Part shown: positions 52,870 through 62,118 of the stretch, piece by piece
Numbering within the stretch: position 1 is the first letter of the stretch
Layout of the letters: each line of letters opens with the position of its first letter
Source of the DNA: an uncultured Bacillota bacterium
GTDB lineage: Bacteria; Bacillota_I; Bacilli_A; RF39; UBA660
Length of the DNA stretch: 64,000 bases
Direction of reading: 5' to 3'
NCBI GenBank assembly: GCA_948466255.1
Contig: CAOJZV010000003.1
Location: 9,722-73,721 of the forward strand
Translations under genes and position numbers: made by a program
The notes under the pieces: generated by a model
Databases searched by the model: none
What the model was told of the DNA's origin: nothing
What the model saw: the letters and a program-made list of their open reading frames with translations, nothing else

Positions 52870-53309
52870 TAAATCACCCCTATCAAAAGTCTAATTAGAC
52901 TGAATGTCCAAGCACTGACGACTCCAAATATTACAACAGCTCCAGAAAGTTTCAACATATTTGCCCCTATTCCTGTAACTAATCCTTCTTTACGATATTC
53001 TAAAGCGGCACTCATTGTTGCATGAGCAAATCCTGTAATTGGAACTATAAGTCCGCATTTAGCAAAGTTTACCCATTTATCAAAGAATCCTAAACTTGTA
53101 AATAAACAACTAAAGAATATTAGTGTAACTAACATACAAACTGTTGCTTCTTTTGTTGGAATTGTTAAATAATAAGAATAAAAGTCAATAAGTCCTTGTC
53201 CAATTATTCCCATAATTCCTCCTGTTATGAAAGCAATTACAGCATTATAAAATACATCTTCTTTGGGTGTGTGTTTTGTAACCAAATTTTTATATTTTGT
53301 TTTTTCCAT
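52869..53309 (-). CDS. spoVAC: Stage V sporulation protein AC
   Basis: AFITGG..G..GQ, G.IVPITGFA....SAALEYRKEG...GIG. Confidence 0.92.
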   Translation of the reverse strand: MEKTKYKNLVTKHTPKEDVFYNAVIAFITGGIMGIIGQGLIDFYSYYLTIPTKEATVCMLVTLIFFSCLFTSLGFFDKWVNFAKCGLIVPITGFAHATMSAALEYRKEGLVTGIGANMLKLSGAVVIFGVVSAWTFSLIRLLIGVI

Positions 53310-53361
53310 AAACTTCCTCCTTCAAAGTTATTATGGAAAATTTTTTTATTTTTATACAAAT

Positions 53362-53383
53362 AAAAACTACGAATAATCGTAGT
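53362..53383. repeat. 22-bp exact direct repeat, left copy (terminator hairpin)
   Basis: aaaaactacgaataatcgtagt, identical to 55171-55192. Confidence 0.9.
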
Positions 53384-53385
53384 CT

Positions 53386-53559
53386 CTACATTTTGTTTTT
53401 TTCTTTTGGTGAAACAAAATATACTTTTCTCTTTCCTTCTAAAACTTCTTTAGGCCATTTAATTGGAATTACATCTTTTAAAGCTTCTTCCATAGTGATT
53501 TCAGGTCTAGGCTTTTCAAAAAAACCTTTTGGAAAACTTGGCTTTTTTTTCTTTTTCAT
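53386..53559 (-). CDS. Small basic hypothetical protein (57 aa, missing from the ORF track)
   Basis: GAGGTG RBS; MKKKKKPSFPKGFFEKPRPEITMEEALKDVIPIKWPKEVLEGKRKVYFVSPKEKNKM*. Confidence 0.7.
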   Translation of the reverse strand: MKKKKKPSFPKGFFEKPRPEITMEEALKDVIPIKWPKEVLEGKRKVYFVSPKEKNKM

Positions 53560-53593
53560 TTTCCCACCTCGTTTTTCTTATTAATTATAATTT

Positions 53594-55090
53594 TTATTTT
53601 TTTGTAATATATTTTTGATTTCTTGCATTAGGATATCTTTTATTTGTATATTCCAAAATATTATCATCCACCAATGGTTTGATTATATTACGCGCTACAT
53701 ATGGCTTAGAAGTCATACCAATAAATTCTCTTATTTCTGCCGCTGTTTTTGGTGTTTGACAAAAGGTTTTTATTTTAGAAACTAAATCAGCACTAGTATC
53801 ATCTTGTGTATCACTTTGTGTATCACTTTGTGTACTAGTATTTTCATCTAAAAATTCATTTTTCAAAATAACCTTAAATGAGCCACGTTCCTCAATAAAT
53901 TCTGGTTCAGGCAAATTCATTTTTCTCATTTCTCTTCGCATTGTAGGAATTCCAGAATGGCGATTTTCAATTACAGATCCTTTTTCTTCTAATATTCTTA
54001 CAATTGTAGCATTACGAGATTCCATAATTGTATCTGTTCCTAATTTTTCTAGTTTATTAATTCCATATAATGCACCCGGATTTTGAATTACAATTCTATC
54101 ATCATACATATAAACTTGTATATAAGCATTTTCGGTTTGTACACTATAATCTCTATGGATTAGGGCATTTGCTACTGCCTCTCTCAATGCTAGCATTGGA
54201 TATTCTGGAACGTTTTTTCTTTTACCAGTAACTGAATCTATTATAACCCTATTTTTCATATTCTTTCTTAGAAAATTAAGTGTTCCTTCTAACATTTGTT
54301 CAATTGTACCTTCAATACGTTTATTATCATCAAATCGTTGTCCCATTTCTCCTATTTCACCCAATTCAGTCCCAGGAATTACTGCACATGCAACAAATAG
54401 TTGTGGATAATAAGCTTGTGGGTATTCACCAAATATCATAGTACCCGCCAATGTAGGATAAACAGTTCCATCACTGTTATCCGTTATGCCTGACAACTTT
54501 AATATTTTTTCATTATTACTTTTAGCAAAATTAGGTTTATCTGTTTTAACAATATCAACATAATTTTCTAATTCTTCTGATACCAAATCGCCCAAAGAAG
54601 ATCGTTTATTAGGACGCAAATCTTCTCTTATACCATCATTATAACTTTGTAAAGCATAAATTTCATAATCTGTCATCACCTCATCACTATCACCAACTCG
54701 CGTATATGATCCTTTAGTCATTCCCTTCGGTTTATAATAACAAGGTTTTTGATTTTATAAAATTTCATCAACTTTAACAGCTAATATATTCTTCCCTTCA
54801 ACTTGTAAAGGTAAAATTTCGGGTCTAATTGATGGCATCATAGAATCACTACATAAAGAAGATATTTTCTTCTGTAGATCATTGATATCATATACATTTT
54901 CGACTGCAAATTGATTATTTTCATCAATTCCAAAAATAATTATACCACCATATTTATTAGCAAAACTAGAAATTGTATCATAACATTTTTTAGGAAATCC
55001 TTCTTTTGCTGACTTCGCTTCTATTGTATTAGTTTCCATATTAAATTTTTTTAATGTTTGAATTGCAGATAATACTTCTTCTTTTTGCAT
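53594..55090 (-). pseudogene. Schlafen-like AlbA_2 + HATPase (RecG-C-like) + wHTH protein split by one in-frame TAA
   Basis: EAKSA...TISSFAN..GGIIIFGIDE; REAVANALIHRDY, NPG; the TAA at 54755-54757 is in frame with both halves. Confidence 0.8.
53796..53834. repeat. 12-bp tandem repeat (about 3 units) encoding a TQSD linker
   Basis: gtatcatcttgt-gtatcactttgt-gtatcactttgt-gta. Confidence 0.8.
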
Positions 55091-55170
55091 AATAATCAAC
55101 TCCTTATAATTATTATACCAAAATTTAAATGTTTTTACTTGTCGAAAAATAAATTTTACAAACTTTATTA

Positions 55171-55192
55171 AAAAACTACGAATAATCGTAGT
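55171..55192. repeat. 22-bp exact direct repeat, right copy (sodA terminator)
   Basis: Identical to 53362-53383; overlaps the last base of the sodA stop. Confidence 0.9.
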
Positions 55193-55800
55193 TAGCCAAC
55201 TATGTTTTCATATAATTTGTTTGCATAATCAAAATTAGCTTTATTCCAAAAATTTTCTATATAACTGTTTCGATCATTTTTATATTGTAAATAATAAGCA
55301 TGCTCCCATAAATCTATAGTAAACAAAGGTATTAAGTTATAAGAAAGTGGTGTTTCTTGATTGATCATATTTACAATTGTTAAATCTCCCCTATTATTAC
55401 TTACTAAAAATGTATAGCCTGAACCTACTAAATGTTTAGCTCTATTTATAAAATCTTTTCTAAAATTTTCAAAATTTCCATATTGAACATTTATTTTATT
55501 AAGTAAATTTCCTCTTGGATTACTTTTTTTGTTATTCATACTATTCCAATATAAGTTATGATTAAGTACTCCACCAGTATTATATAAAATATCTCCTCTA
55601 TCAGCTAAAGGAAATTCTTCTATATGACTAGGTATTTCATCTAATGAAAACCTGCCATCATAATTGCTTCTAGCTAAAGCTTCATTTAAGTTATTTACAT
55701 ATCCTCTATGATGTTTATTATAATGAATATCAACTATTTCTTCATTGATATCTGGTTCTAAAACATCATAAGGATATGGTAAATTCATTAATTCATACAT
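55192..55800 (-). CDS. sodA: Fe/Mn superoxide dismutase
   Basis: LPYPYDVLEP, HYNKHH, NHNLYW, DLWEHAYY. Confidence 0.9.
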   Translation of the reverse strand: MYELMNLPYPYDVLEPDINEEIVDIHYNKHHRGYVNNLNEALARSNYDGRFSLDEIPSHIEEFPLADRGDILYNTGGVLNHNLYWNSMNNKKSNPRGNLLNKINVQYGNFENFRKDFINRAKHLVGSGYTFLVSNNRGDLTIVNMINQETPLSYNLIPLFTIDLWEHAYYLQYKNDRNSYIENFWNKANFDYANKLYENIVG

Positions 55801-55897
55801 ATAATCCCTCCAATAAATTATATTTAATTGCAAAGAAAAAAGTAGTTCAAAAACTACTTTTTTCTGAATCTTGAACTTTTATTTATTGAAAATTGAG

Positions 55898-56341
55898 TTA
55901 TTCAATTACTTTATATTTTACTTTAGATAAATCTATTTTAACTGAAGAAGTTATAGTTCTAGTTTCCCCAGGTTTCATAGGATCTCCAATATTACCTAGT
56001 AAAACTACTACCAAATTACCATCTTTATCTTTTAAGTCAATATTAATGGTTTCCATATTGATTTCATCCTGTGTTGGATTAATTACGTCCATTGATAGGA
56101 CATATTGTTTACTATCCTTAATTAAAGTAGTATTGGTAAAATTTAAATTACCGAATGTTTCATCTTTTATAATACCCTGTTCAGTAATAGCTTCTTTAAC
56201 ATCATTATTTACCTTCTTTTTTGAATTTTCATTCTCATTATTATTAATTAATAAAAATGATATTACAGCAATAAAAACTAATAAAACAACCATTAATAAA
56301 CTCATTATAACTTTTTTAATTTAAAATTTACTCTTATTCAT
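55898..56341 (-). pseudogene. Membrane-anchored Ig-like (FxLYD-like) protein, paralog A, with a premature stop at codon 7
   Basis: AGGAG RBS, then MNKSKF*IKKVIMSLLMVV. TAA at 56321-56323 is in frame with ORF 55898-56305; clear paralog of 58931-59371. Confidence 0.6.
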
Positions 56342-56435
56342 AAATAATCTCCTATAGTCTAATTAAATAAAATTTAGTTCTATTATTATTTCATTTCCTA
56401 ATAAATGATACTATTTCTTAATTATAGAATGCTTA

Positions 56436-58721
56436 TTACCAATATTCTTCTTCAGGAGGATCATACTCATAACAATACGCATCACCCGTACTTGTAACTT
56501 TACATTGCAAATTTACTACACCTGAAGAATCAGTGGTATAGGCCTCCACCTGACCATTAGTATTAGCCGTAAAATTGTAACGGGAATATTTTGAACAACG
56601 GTAGAGTGCTGAATTAAAATAATTACAAAATCCACCAATATTTTTAAACCATGTTTGCTGGTCTTGTAATAATGTTTGATTTGATGTAAAATAACTTGAA
56701 CTTCCACCCTGCAAACAAACTTCTTTATCCGTTACAAAACATACATATGATGCTGTTATTTTATTACTAGCATCTATCCTATGTTTTAAATAAAAATCAC
56801 GCTTTAATGTTGACGGATCTTTAGTAGTAGATTTCCCAGTTATACTATCTCCTATCTTTAATGTGCTTTCTGACCAACTATATACCTCTGCTGGTTTTAC
56901 CGTAACTGTATAACTACTACTTACTGTATTTTTTCCATCACTTACTGTTCCAGATAATGTTCCTGAAGCTGTAAATGATACATTTGCGGTTGTACTTGTT
57001 ACATTTACTGCTGCTGCACTATCTTTTTTATATGTACATGTATAGGCGCTTCCACATCCTGATGGATATGTTATTGTTACAGTCTTTGTTGTTGTTCCGG
57101 TTTCTTTATAAGTTGGTACTGCTATTGAATTTGGCTGTACTGATGTACTTGCTGATGTTGTTGTTTTTTCTATACCTGATGTTACTCTTACTCGTATCTG
57201 ATATGATTTGGTATTTACTAAATTATTAAATGTATATGTCTTATTTGTTCCGTTACTTACCCATGTGCTTCCACCATCATTACTAAACTCATATTTTGTT
57301 ATTCCACTTGTTGCGGATGCTGTTGCTACTACAGTTATTGACTTTGTTGTTTTTGATGTGGCAACTGATAATGTTGGATTGCTTATATCATATCTAATAT
57401 TGAATGATTGTGAAGAATCAGAAACATTTCCAGCCGTATCAATTGCTCTAAAAATAACTGTTTGGTTTCTATTAAATAGGCTCCATCCTTCAACACCGTA
57501 ATAGGTGTTTCCCTCTTTTTGAATACCACTAGTATATCCGAATGAAAAAGTTGTCCATGTTTGTCCATTATCCAATGAATATTGCATTGAAGCTATTCCG
57601 CTGCCCTCTTCTTTAGTGGATATTTTAGTTAATACTAATTTATCAGTCCATGTTCCACTTGTATATTTTGAGCTTTCGCCTTCATCGGCATAATAGGCTA
57701 TATATGTTGGTGCAGTTGGTTTTATATCGTCTACAGCTTGTGCAGTTAACGTTATATTTTGATTTATATTTATTTTATCTCCTGCATTACCTACTTTTGT
57801 TTCACCATTATACCAGCCTTGTATTGTATATCCAGTTGCAGTTATAGATGGTAATGTTATTTCACAGTTTATTGCATTATTATATAAATAACATGTTTCA
57901 TTTTCTTTTCCGATACTTGTTATTCCGTCACCTTTGGCATAATTTACTTTTAAACCTTTTCTAAATATTGCATATAAGGTTGTATTTTGCGATGGCATAT
58001 TTATACTTGTTAAGGCTTCTTTTGCATCTTTATTAGTATTCCAACCAACAAGTTCATATCCTTCTTTATTAGCGGTTTGATTTAAGTTTATATTTGAGTT
58101 TTCAGCAAAATATTCATTATAAGTTGTACAATTACTTCCTCCATTTGTGATGCAGTCATAGGTTACTAAATATCTATCTGGAGATATTATTTCTCCTCCT
58201 TCTCCTTGGCTATAATTATCATTTTGGGTATAATTTAATTCTATACTTACTTCTCCTGATCCTTCTTCTATCGTTCCCGTAAATTCTGGATTATACTCTA
58301 CTTTTACTTTTATTACTTGGTTCTTTCCTTTTTCTAGTTTTTGTCCTTTTGTATATCCTGAAAAACTTATTTTTACTGCTTCGTTACTTGATTTTATATT
58401 ATCGGTTATATTTTCTAATTTTGCATCTAGTGTTCCTTTATTTTCTACGGTTACATCATATTCTACATAGTCACCTTTTTCATATAGGTTTGCTTCCATA
58501 TAAGCTGTTAGGTTTGTCCATGTAGGCGCACCTACTGTTTCTGCTCCGCCTGCTTTATTTGATTCCGTTACGCTTGTTATAACAACTTCCCAATTACTAT
58601 TTATATTACTTGTTCCTTTTATTTTTAAATTGGTTTGAAAAGCTGCATAGCCTGCTGTCATGATACATAATAGTCCTAGCAATGATATTATTATTGTTTT
58701 ATTTTTTCTTTTTTCCCTCAT
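56436..58721 (-). CDS. Large secreted surface protein: TasA/SipW-class-like N-terminus, InlB-B/Flg_new-like repeats, Ig-like domains, Cys-rich C-terminal domain
   Basis: N-terminus KTIIISLLGLLCIMTAGYAAF; K.GY...GW..., TLYA repeats; Thr/Ser-rich beta segments. Confidence 0.75.
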   Translation of the reverse strand: MREKRKNKTIIISLLGLLCIMTAGYAAFQTNLKIKGTSNINSNWEVVITSVTESNKAGGAETVGAPTWTNLTAYMEANLYEKGDYVEYDVTVENKGTLDAKLENITDNIKSSNEAVKISFSGYTKGQKLEKGKNQVIKVKVEYNPEFTGTIEEGSGEVSIELNYTQNDNYSQGEGGEIISPDRYLVTYDCITNGGSNCTTYNEYFAENSNINLNQTANKEGYELVGWNTNKDAKEALTSINMPSQNTTLYAIFRKGLKVNYAKGDGITSIGKENETCYLYNNAINCEITLPSITATGYTIQGWYNGETKVGNAGDKININQNITLTAQAVDDIKPTAPTYIAYYADEGESSKYTSGTWTDKLVLTKISTKEEGSGIASMQYSLDNGQTWTTFSFGYTSGIQKEGNTYYGVEGWSLFNRNQTVIFRAIDTAGNVSDSSQSFNIRYDISNPTLSVATSKTTKSITVVATASATSGITKYEFSNDGGSTWVSNGTNKTYTFNNLVNTKSYQIRVRVTSGIEKTTTSASTSVQPNSIAVPTYKETGTTTKTVTITYPSGCGSAYTCTYKKDSAAAVNVTSTTANVSFTASGTLSGTVSDGKNTVSSSYTVTVKPAEVYSWSESTLKIGDSITGKSTTKDPSTLKRDFYLKHRIDASNKITASYVCFVTDKEVCLQGGSSSYFTSNQTLLQDQQTWFKNIGGFCNYFNSALYRCSKYSRYNFTANTNGQVEAYTTDSSGVVNLQCKVTSTGDAYCYEYDPPEEEYW

Positions 58722-58930
58722 ATTGTCACCTTAGTCTATCTTAAATAGATTATACCTTCTTTTTAGTTAGAAATGCAAGTGTTTATGGTAGTAAAGTGTG
58801 TAAAAAATGGTATAGTACATTTTTAATATAAATGTTTTTATTCAAATTATTACAATTAAGATTAGAAATCTAATTTACAAAATCCAAAAATTTAGTTATA
58901 ATTAAATTAAAAATAAAGGAGGCTATAGTT

Positions 58931-59371
58931 ATGAACAAAAAGAAAATAATTGCAATTATAGTAATTATTTTAGTATTAATATTAGTAGTAACTGGTGCAA
59001 TATTGTTAGTTAATCATAATAATAATTTAGAAAAGAAATCTACTATAGAAAAGAAAAACACAATAGAAGCTATTACAGAGAAAGATATAATAAAAAATGA
59101 AAGTGTTAATGGATTGGAATTTTCTAATACCACTCTTATAAAAGAAAATGGACAATATACTATGCAAATGGATGTAACAAATCCATCAAACGAAGAAATC
59201 GATTTAGAAGAAGTAAATATTATTTTTAAAGACAAAGATAATAATGAAATTGTAAGTTTATTAGGATATATTGGTACTCCAATGAAAGTTAATGAAACTA
59301 GAACTGTAACCTCTTATACGAGAAATGATTTATCAAAAGCTAAATCAAAAACGATTGAAATTAAAAAATAA
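58931..59371 (+). CDS. Membrane-anchored Ig-like (FxLYD-like) protein, paralog B
   Basis: N-terminal TM segment; AITEKDIIKNE...F.NTTLIK...Y...MDV.NP...KDKD.N....LLG.IG.PMK..ETRT shared with 55898-56305. Confidence 0.8.
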   Translation: MNKKKIIAIIVIILVLILVVTGAILLVNHNNNLEKKSTIEKKNTIEAITEKDIIKNESVNGLEFSNTTLIKENGQYTMQMDVTNPSNEEIDLEEVNIIFKDKDNNEIVSLLGYIGTPMKVNETRTVTSYTRNDLSKAKSKTIEIKK

Positions 59372-59468
59372 TTTTTTTAGAGCCGTGAACAAAATTAGTT
59401 TTGTTCACAGTTTTTTTATAATAAAAAATAGATATTATTGTTAATAATATCTAAAATAATATATTGTG

Positions 59469-60527
59469 TTATAAAATTTCCCATTCTCCGTTTCTTTTTC
59501 CATTTTTTCTAATTATTAATCCTTTTTCTTGCATTTCAATCATTCTAGTTTTTACAGTTCTTAATGATTTACCAATAATTTGAGCAATTTCTTCTTGCTT
59601 AGTAGTTGAATTTTCTCTAATTACATTTAATATAGCTTGTTCTTCTAAAGTGCAAAAATTGCATTTTGAGTCTTCGGTTGTTGCACTTTGAATATAATCA
59701 ACATGGGTATATCTATTTTTTAATTCATATTTAGCATCTGACAAAAGATTATAAAAGAACTTTTCTAAATGACTTATATCTTCAAAAATATTTTTTTCAA
59801 AATTTTTATAGTTAGCTCTAACTAATGAATTTCTAAAATACCAGGAATTATTAGCAAATATCTCATCATTAATATTAAATCCAAACGTTTTTAAATATTT
59901 AATAATAAAAACAGCTGTTGTTCTAGTATTACCCTCACAAAAAGGATGTACTTGCCATATATTTGAAGTAAATCGGCACAAATGTTTTATAGATTCATCA
60001 AGCGATAAATCTTTATATGAAAAATTTCTTTCTTGTTCAAAATCATATTCTAATGCTGGCATAATAGTTTCAAAAGAAGCATATATAACTGTATCTTTAT
60101 TTAAAATCCACTCATTCTTTGTAAAATTATAATCTCTTATAATACCTGCATGTTTATATACACCAGTAAATAATTTTTTATGAATACTTATTAGCTCAGT
60201 AGGATTAAAATTAAATGATTTATCACTTAATATTTCTGTGATCCTTACTGATACTTTATCTGCTTCTTCGCTATTTTCTTTTTCTTCTGATTTTCTATTA
60301 TCCAAAACTTTATAATAATTATTTATTTTTTCCTTAACTTCATCTAAATCAATCTTACCTTCAATATGTTCTTTAGCAGTTTCAACTAAATATTTTGAAG
60401 GTTTTAATCCATCTACTTCTTGAAGTCCTATAGCTGTTTCCCAGGCTTTGGTTTTTTCTACTTGAGTGGGGTCACCTTGTTTTATATATTCAGATAATTC
60501 TAAATTCCATTTTCCCTTTTTTTCCAT
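59469..60527 (-). CDS. Fic-domain protein with antitoxin-like N-terminus and C-terminal wHTH
   Basis: HPFCEGNTRT Fic motif; AWETAIGLQEVDGL; QEEIAQIIGKSLRTVK; AGGAGG RBS before MEKK. Confidence 0.9.
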   Translation of the reverse strand: MEKKGKWNLELSEYIKQGDPTQVEKTKAWETAIGLQEVDGLKPSKYLVETAKEHIEGKIDLDEVKEKINNYYKVLDNRKSEEKENSEEADKVSVRITEILSDKSFNFNPTELISIHKKLFTGVYKHAGIIRDYNFTKNEWILNKDTVIYASFETIMPALEYDFEQERNFSYKDLSLDESIKHLCRFTSNIWQVHPFCEGNTRTTAVFIIKYLKTFGFNINDEIFANNSWYFRNSLVRANYKNFEKNIFEDISHLEKFFYNLLSDAKYELKNRYTHVDYIQSATTEDSKCNFCTLEEQAILNVIRENSTTKQEEIAQIIGKSLRTVKTRMIEMQEKGLIIRKNGKRNGEWEIL

Positions 60528-60577
60528 TAGATTCATCCTCCTAACTATAAATATTATACCACATTTTCTCTCTTTTA

Positions 60578-60614
60578 TCAATTTCAAAGTGCAAAAATTG
60601 CACTTTGAAATTGA
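60578..60614. promoter_or_regulatory. Perfect 17-bp-arm palindrome upstream of the fic gene (candidate operator)
   Basis: tcaatttcaaagtgcaa-aaa-ttgcactttgaaattga. Confidence 0.7.
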
Positions 60615-60669
60615 ATGCATTTGCACTTAAAAAATAGTATTTTATATAAAAAAGAAGCTAAATTAGCTT

Positions 60670-61068
60670 CTAACATGTTTTACTTTCAGAATATTCATAA
60701 ACATATTTGGAACCATTCCATGATACTGTAACTGTACCATCGAAATATTCATTTTGTTCCTTTTCTTCATTACTATTTTGCTTATAATTTGGGTTTATAA
60801 TAGCATCTTTAGATAAAAGACCTTCTTTTTTTAATTGTTCAACAGTTATACATTTGCTAGAATTATTCTCTTGTTTAGGAAGTTCTAAAGAATGACTAGA
60901 CATATATGTTCTAGCTGTATCTTCAATCATTTTTATTTGATTATTATAGGCTTTTTCTTTAGAATCTTTAATAACACTATTAACAGTAGGAACTGCTATA
61001 ATAGCGATAATACCTAAAACTAAAATAACCATAACTAATTCTATTAAAGTAAATCCTTTTTGTTCCAT
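60670..61068 (-). CDS. Type IV prepilin (ComGC-like N-terminal methylation motif)
   Basis: KGFTLIELVMVILVLGIIAIIAVP. Confidence 0.88.
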   Translation of the reverse strand: MEQKGFTLIELVMVILVLGIIAIIAVPTVNSVIKDSKEKAYNNQIKMIEDTARTYMSSHSLELPKQENNSSKCITVEQLKKEGLLSKDAIINPNYKQNSNEEKEQNEYFDGTVTVSWNGSKYVYEYSESKTC

Positions 61069-61093
61069 ACGTTTCACCTATTTTAATTATAGG

Positions 61094-61756
61094 TTAATTA
61101 TTATTTAAAGTCAACCTGCTTCTAAGTTTAGTTAGAACCTTTTTTTCTCTTCTAGACACATCTACTTGACTGAGTCCTAAAGTATTTGCAATTTCAGTTT
61201 GGGTCATATCTTCATAATATCTACTTATCATAATAGATCTTTCTGGTTCTTCTAAATTTTCAAGTTCAGTTTTTAAAAATAGTAAATCATTTATATCTGC
61301 ATGAGGACTACTAAGTATTTCATGAAGCATCATGTTGGTATCACCCACATTACTATCGATACTTTTTAAACTTAATCTAGAGTTTAAAGCTTCAACGATA
61401 TAATACTCTGGGATTTCTAAATAATCGCTTAATTCTTTTAGTGTTGGTTCATGCATAAGTGTTTGTGATAATAAAGATTTAGCTTTTTCTATTTTATTGT
61501 GAAGTTTATTAATATCTCTACTAATTTTTATACTTTTGTCTTCTCTTACAACTTTCTTCATTTCTCCTAAGATATAAGAATAAGCATATGATGTGAATTT
61601 AACGCCTTTAGTATGATCAAATTTATTATAAGCTTCAATCATACCTTTACAGCCAGCTTGATATAAATCATCTTTATCTTGATAATAAGGAAAATAGCTA
61701 GAAAGTTTGTAAATTAATTTTTCATTTTCCATGATTACTTGTGCTATATCTTGCAT
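61094..61756 (-). CDS. sigF: Sporulation sigma factor, SigF/SigG family
   Basis: DDLYQAG..G...A..KFD...GVKFTSYA...ILGE, KISR, R..EDMTQTEIA..LGLSQVDVSR; follows a spoIIAA-like gene. Confidence 0.75.
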   Translation of the reverse strand: MQDIAQVIMENEKLIYKLSSYFPYYQDKDDLYQAGCKGMIEAYNKFDHTKGVKFTSYAYSYILGEMKKVVREDKSIKISRDINKLHNKIEKAKSLLSQTLMHEPTLKELSDYLEIPEYYIVEALNSRLSLKSIDSNVGDTNMMLHEILSSPHADINDLLFLKTELENLEEPERSIMISRYYEDMTQTEIANTLGLSQVDVSRREKKVLTKLRSRLTLNNN

Positions 61757-61764
61757 ATCTCCTC

Positions 61765-62106
61765 CTATGAATTTATTAAATTTACTGCAGCTAATTCGTC
61801 AGATATAAAATTAACTTTGGAAAAAATAGGAGTTAATTTATCTGATATCTTATCATTATCACCAAGACAAATAAAACTTTGTCCTTTGTTTTTTATACAC
61901 AAATTAAAACTATTAATTAAAGCATATTTTCCATAATTATCAATTTCGTTAAGTTCTTCAATATTAAAAACTATATTTTTAATACCAACGGTTTTTTGAA
62001 ATTTGATAACTTCTGTTTCTAGTTTACTAATACTTTTTTTATCTAAACTTCCTTTAAGTCTTACAAATAGGATTCCTTTAAATGGTCTTATATCTATCTG
62101 TAACAT
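61765..62106 (-). CDS. spoIIAA: SpoIIAA-like STAS anti-anti-sigma factor (divergent)
   Basis: ILFVRLKGSLD, IKNIVFNIEEL.EID..G; directly upstream of the sigma gene. Confidence 0.7.
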   Translation of the reverse strand: MLQIDIRPFKGILFVRLKGSLDKKSISKLETEVIKFQKTVGIKNIVFNIEELNEIDNYGKYALINSFNLCIKNKGQSFICLGDNDKISDKLTPIFSKVNFISDELAAVNLINS

Positions 62107-62118
62107 ATCATCACCCTA

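Noticed and set aside
53367-53381. TACGAATA (streptococcal ComX box) within the 22-bp repeat
   Set aside because: It is one arm plus loop of a terminator hairpin directly after stop codons and is not positioned as a promoter. The shared TACGA with the 40-bp element has different orientation and spacing and is probably chance.
55890-59410. Invertible segment explaining the opposite orientation of the two Ig-like paralogs
   Set aside because: I found no flanking inverted repeats or invertase, only ordinary terminator hairpins.
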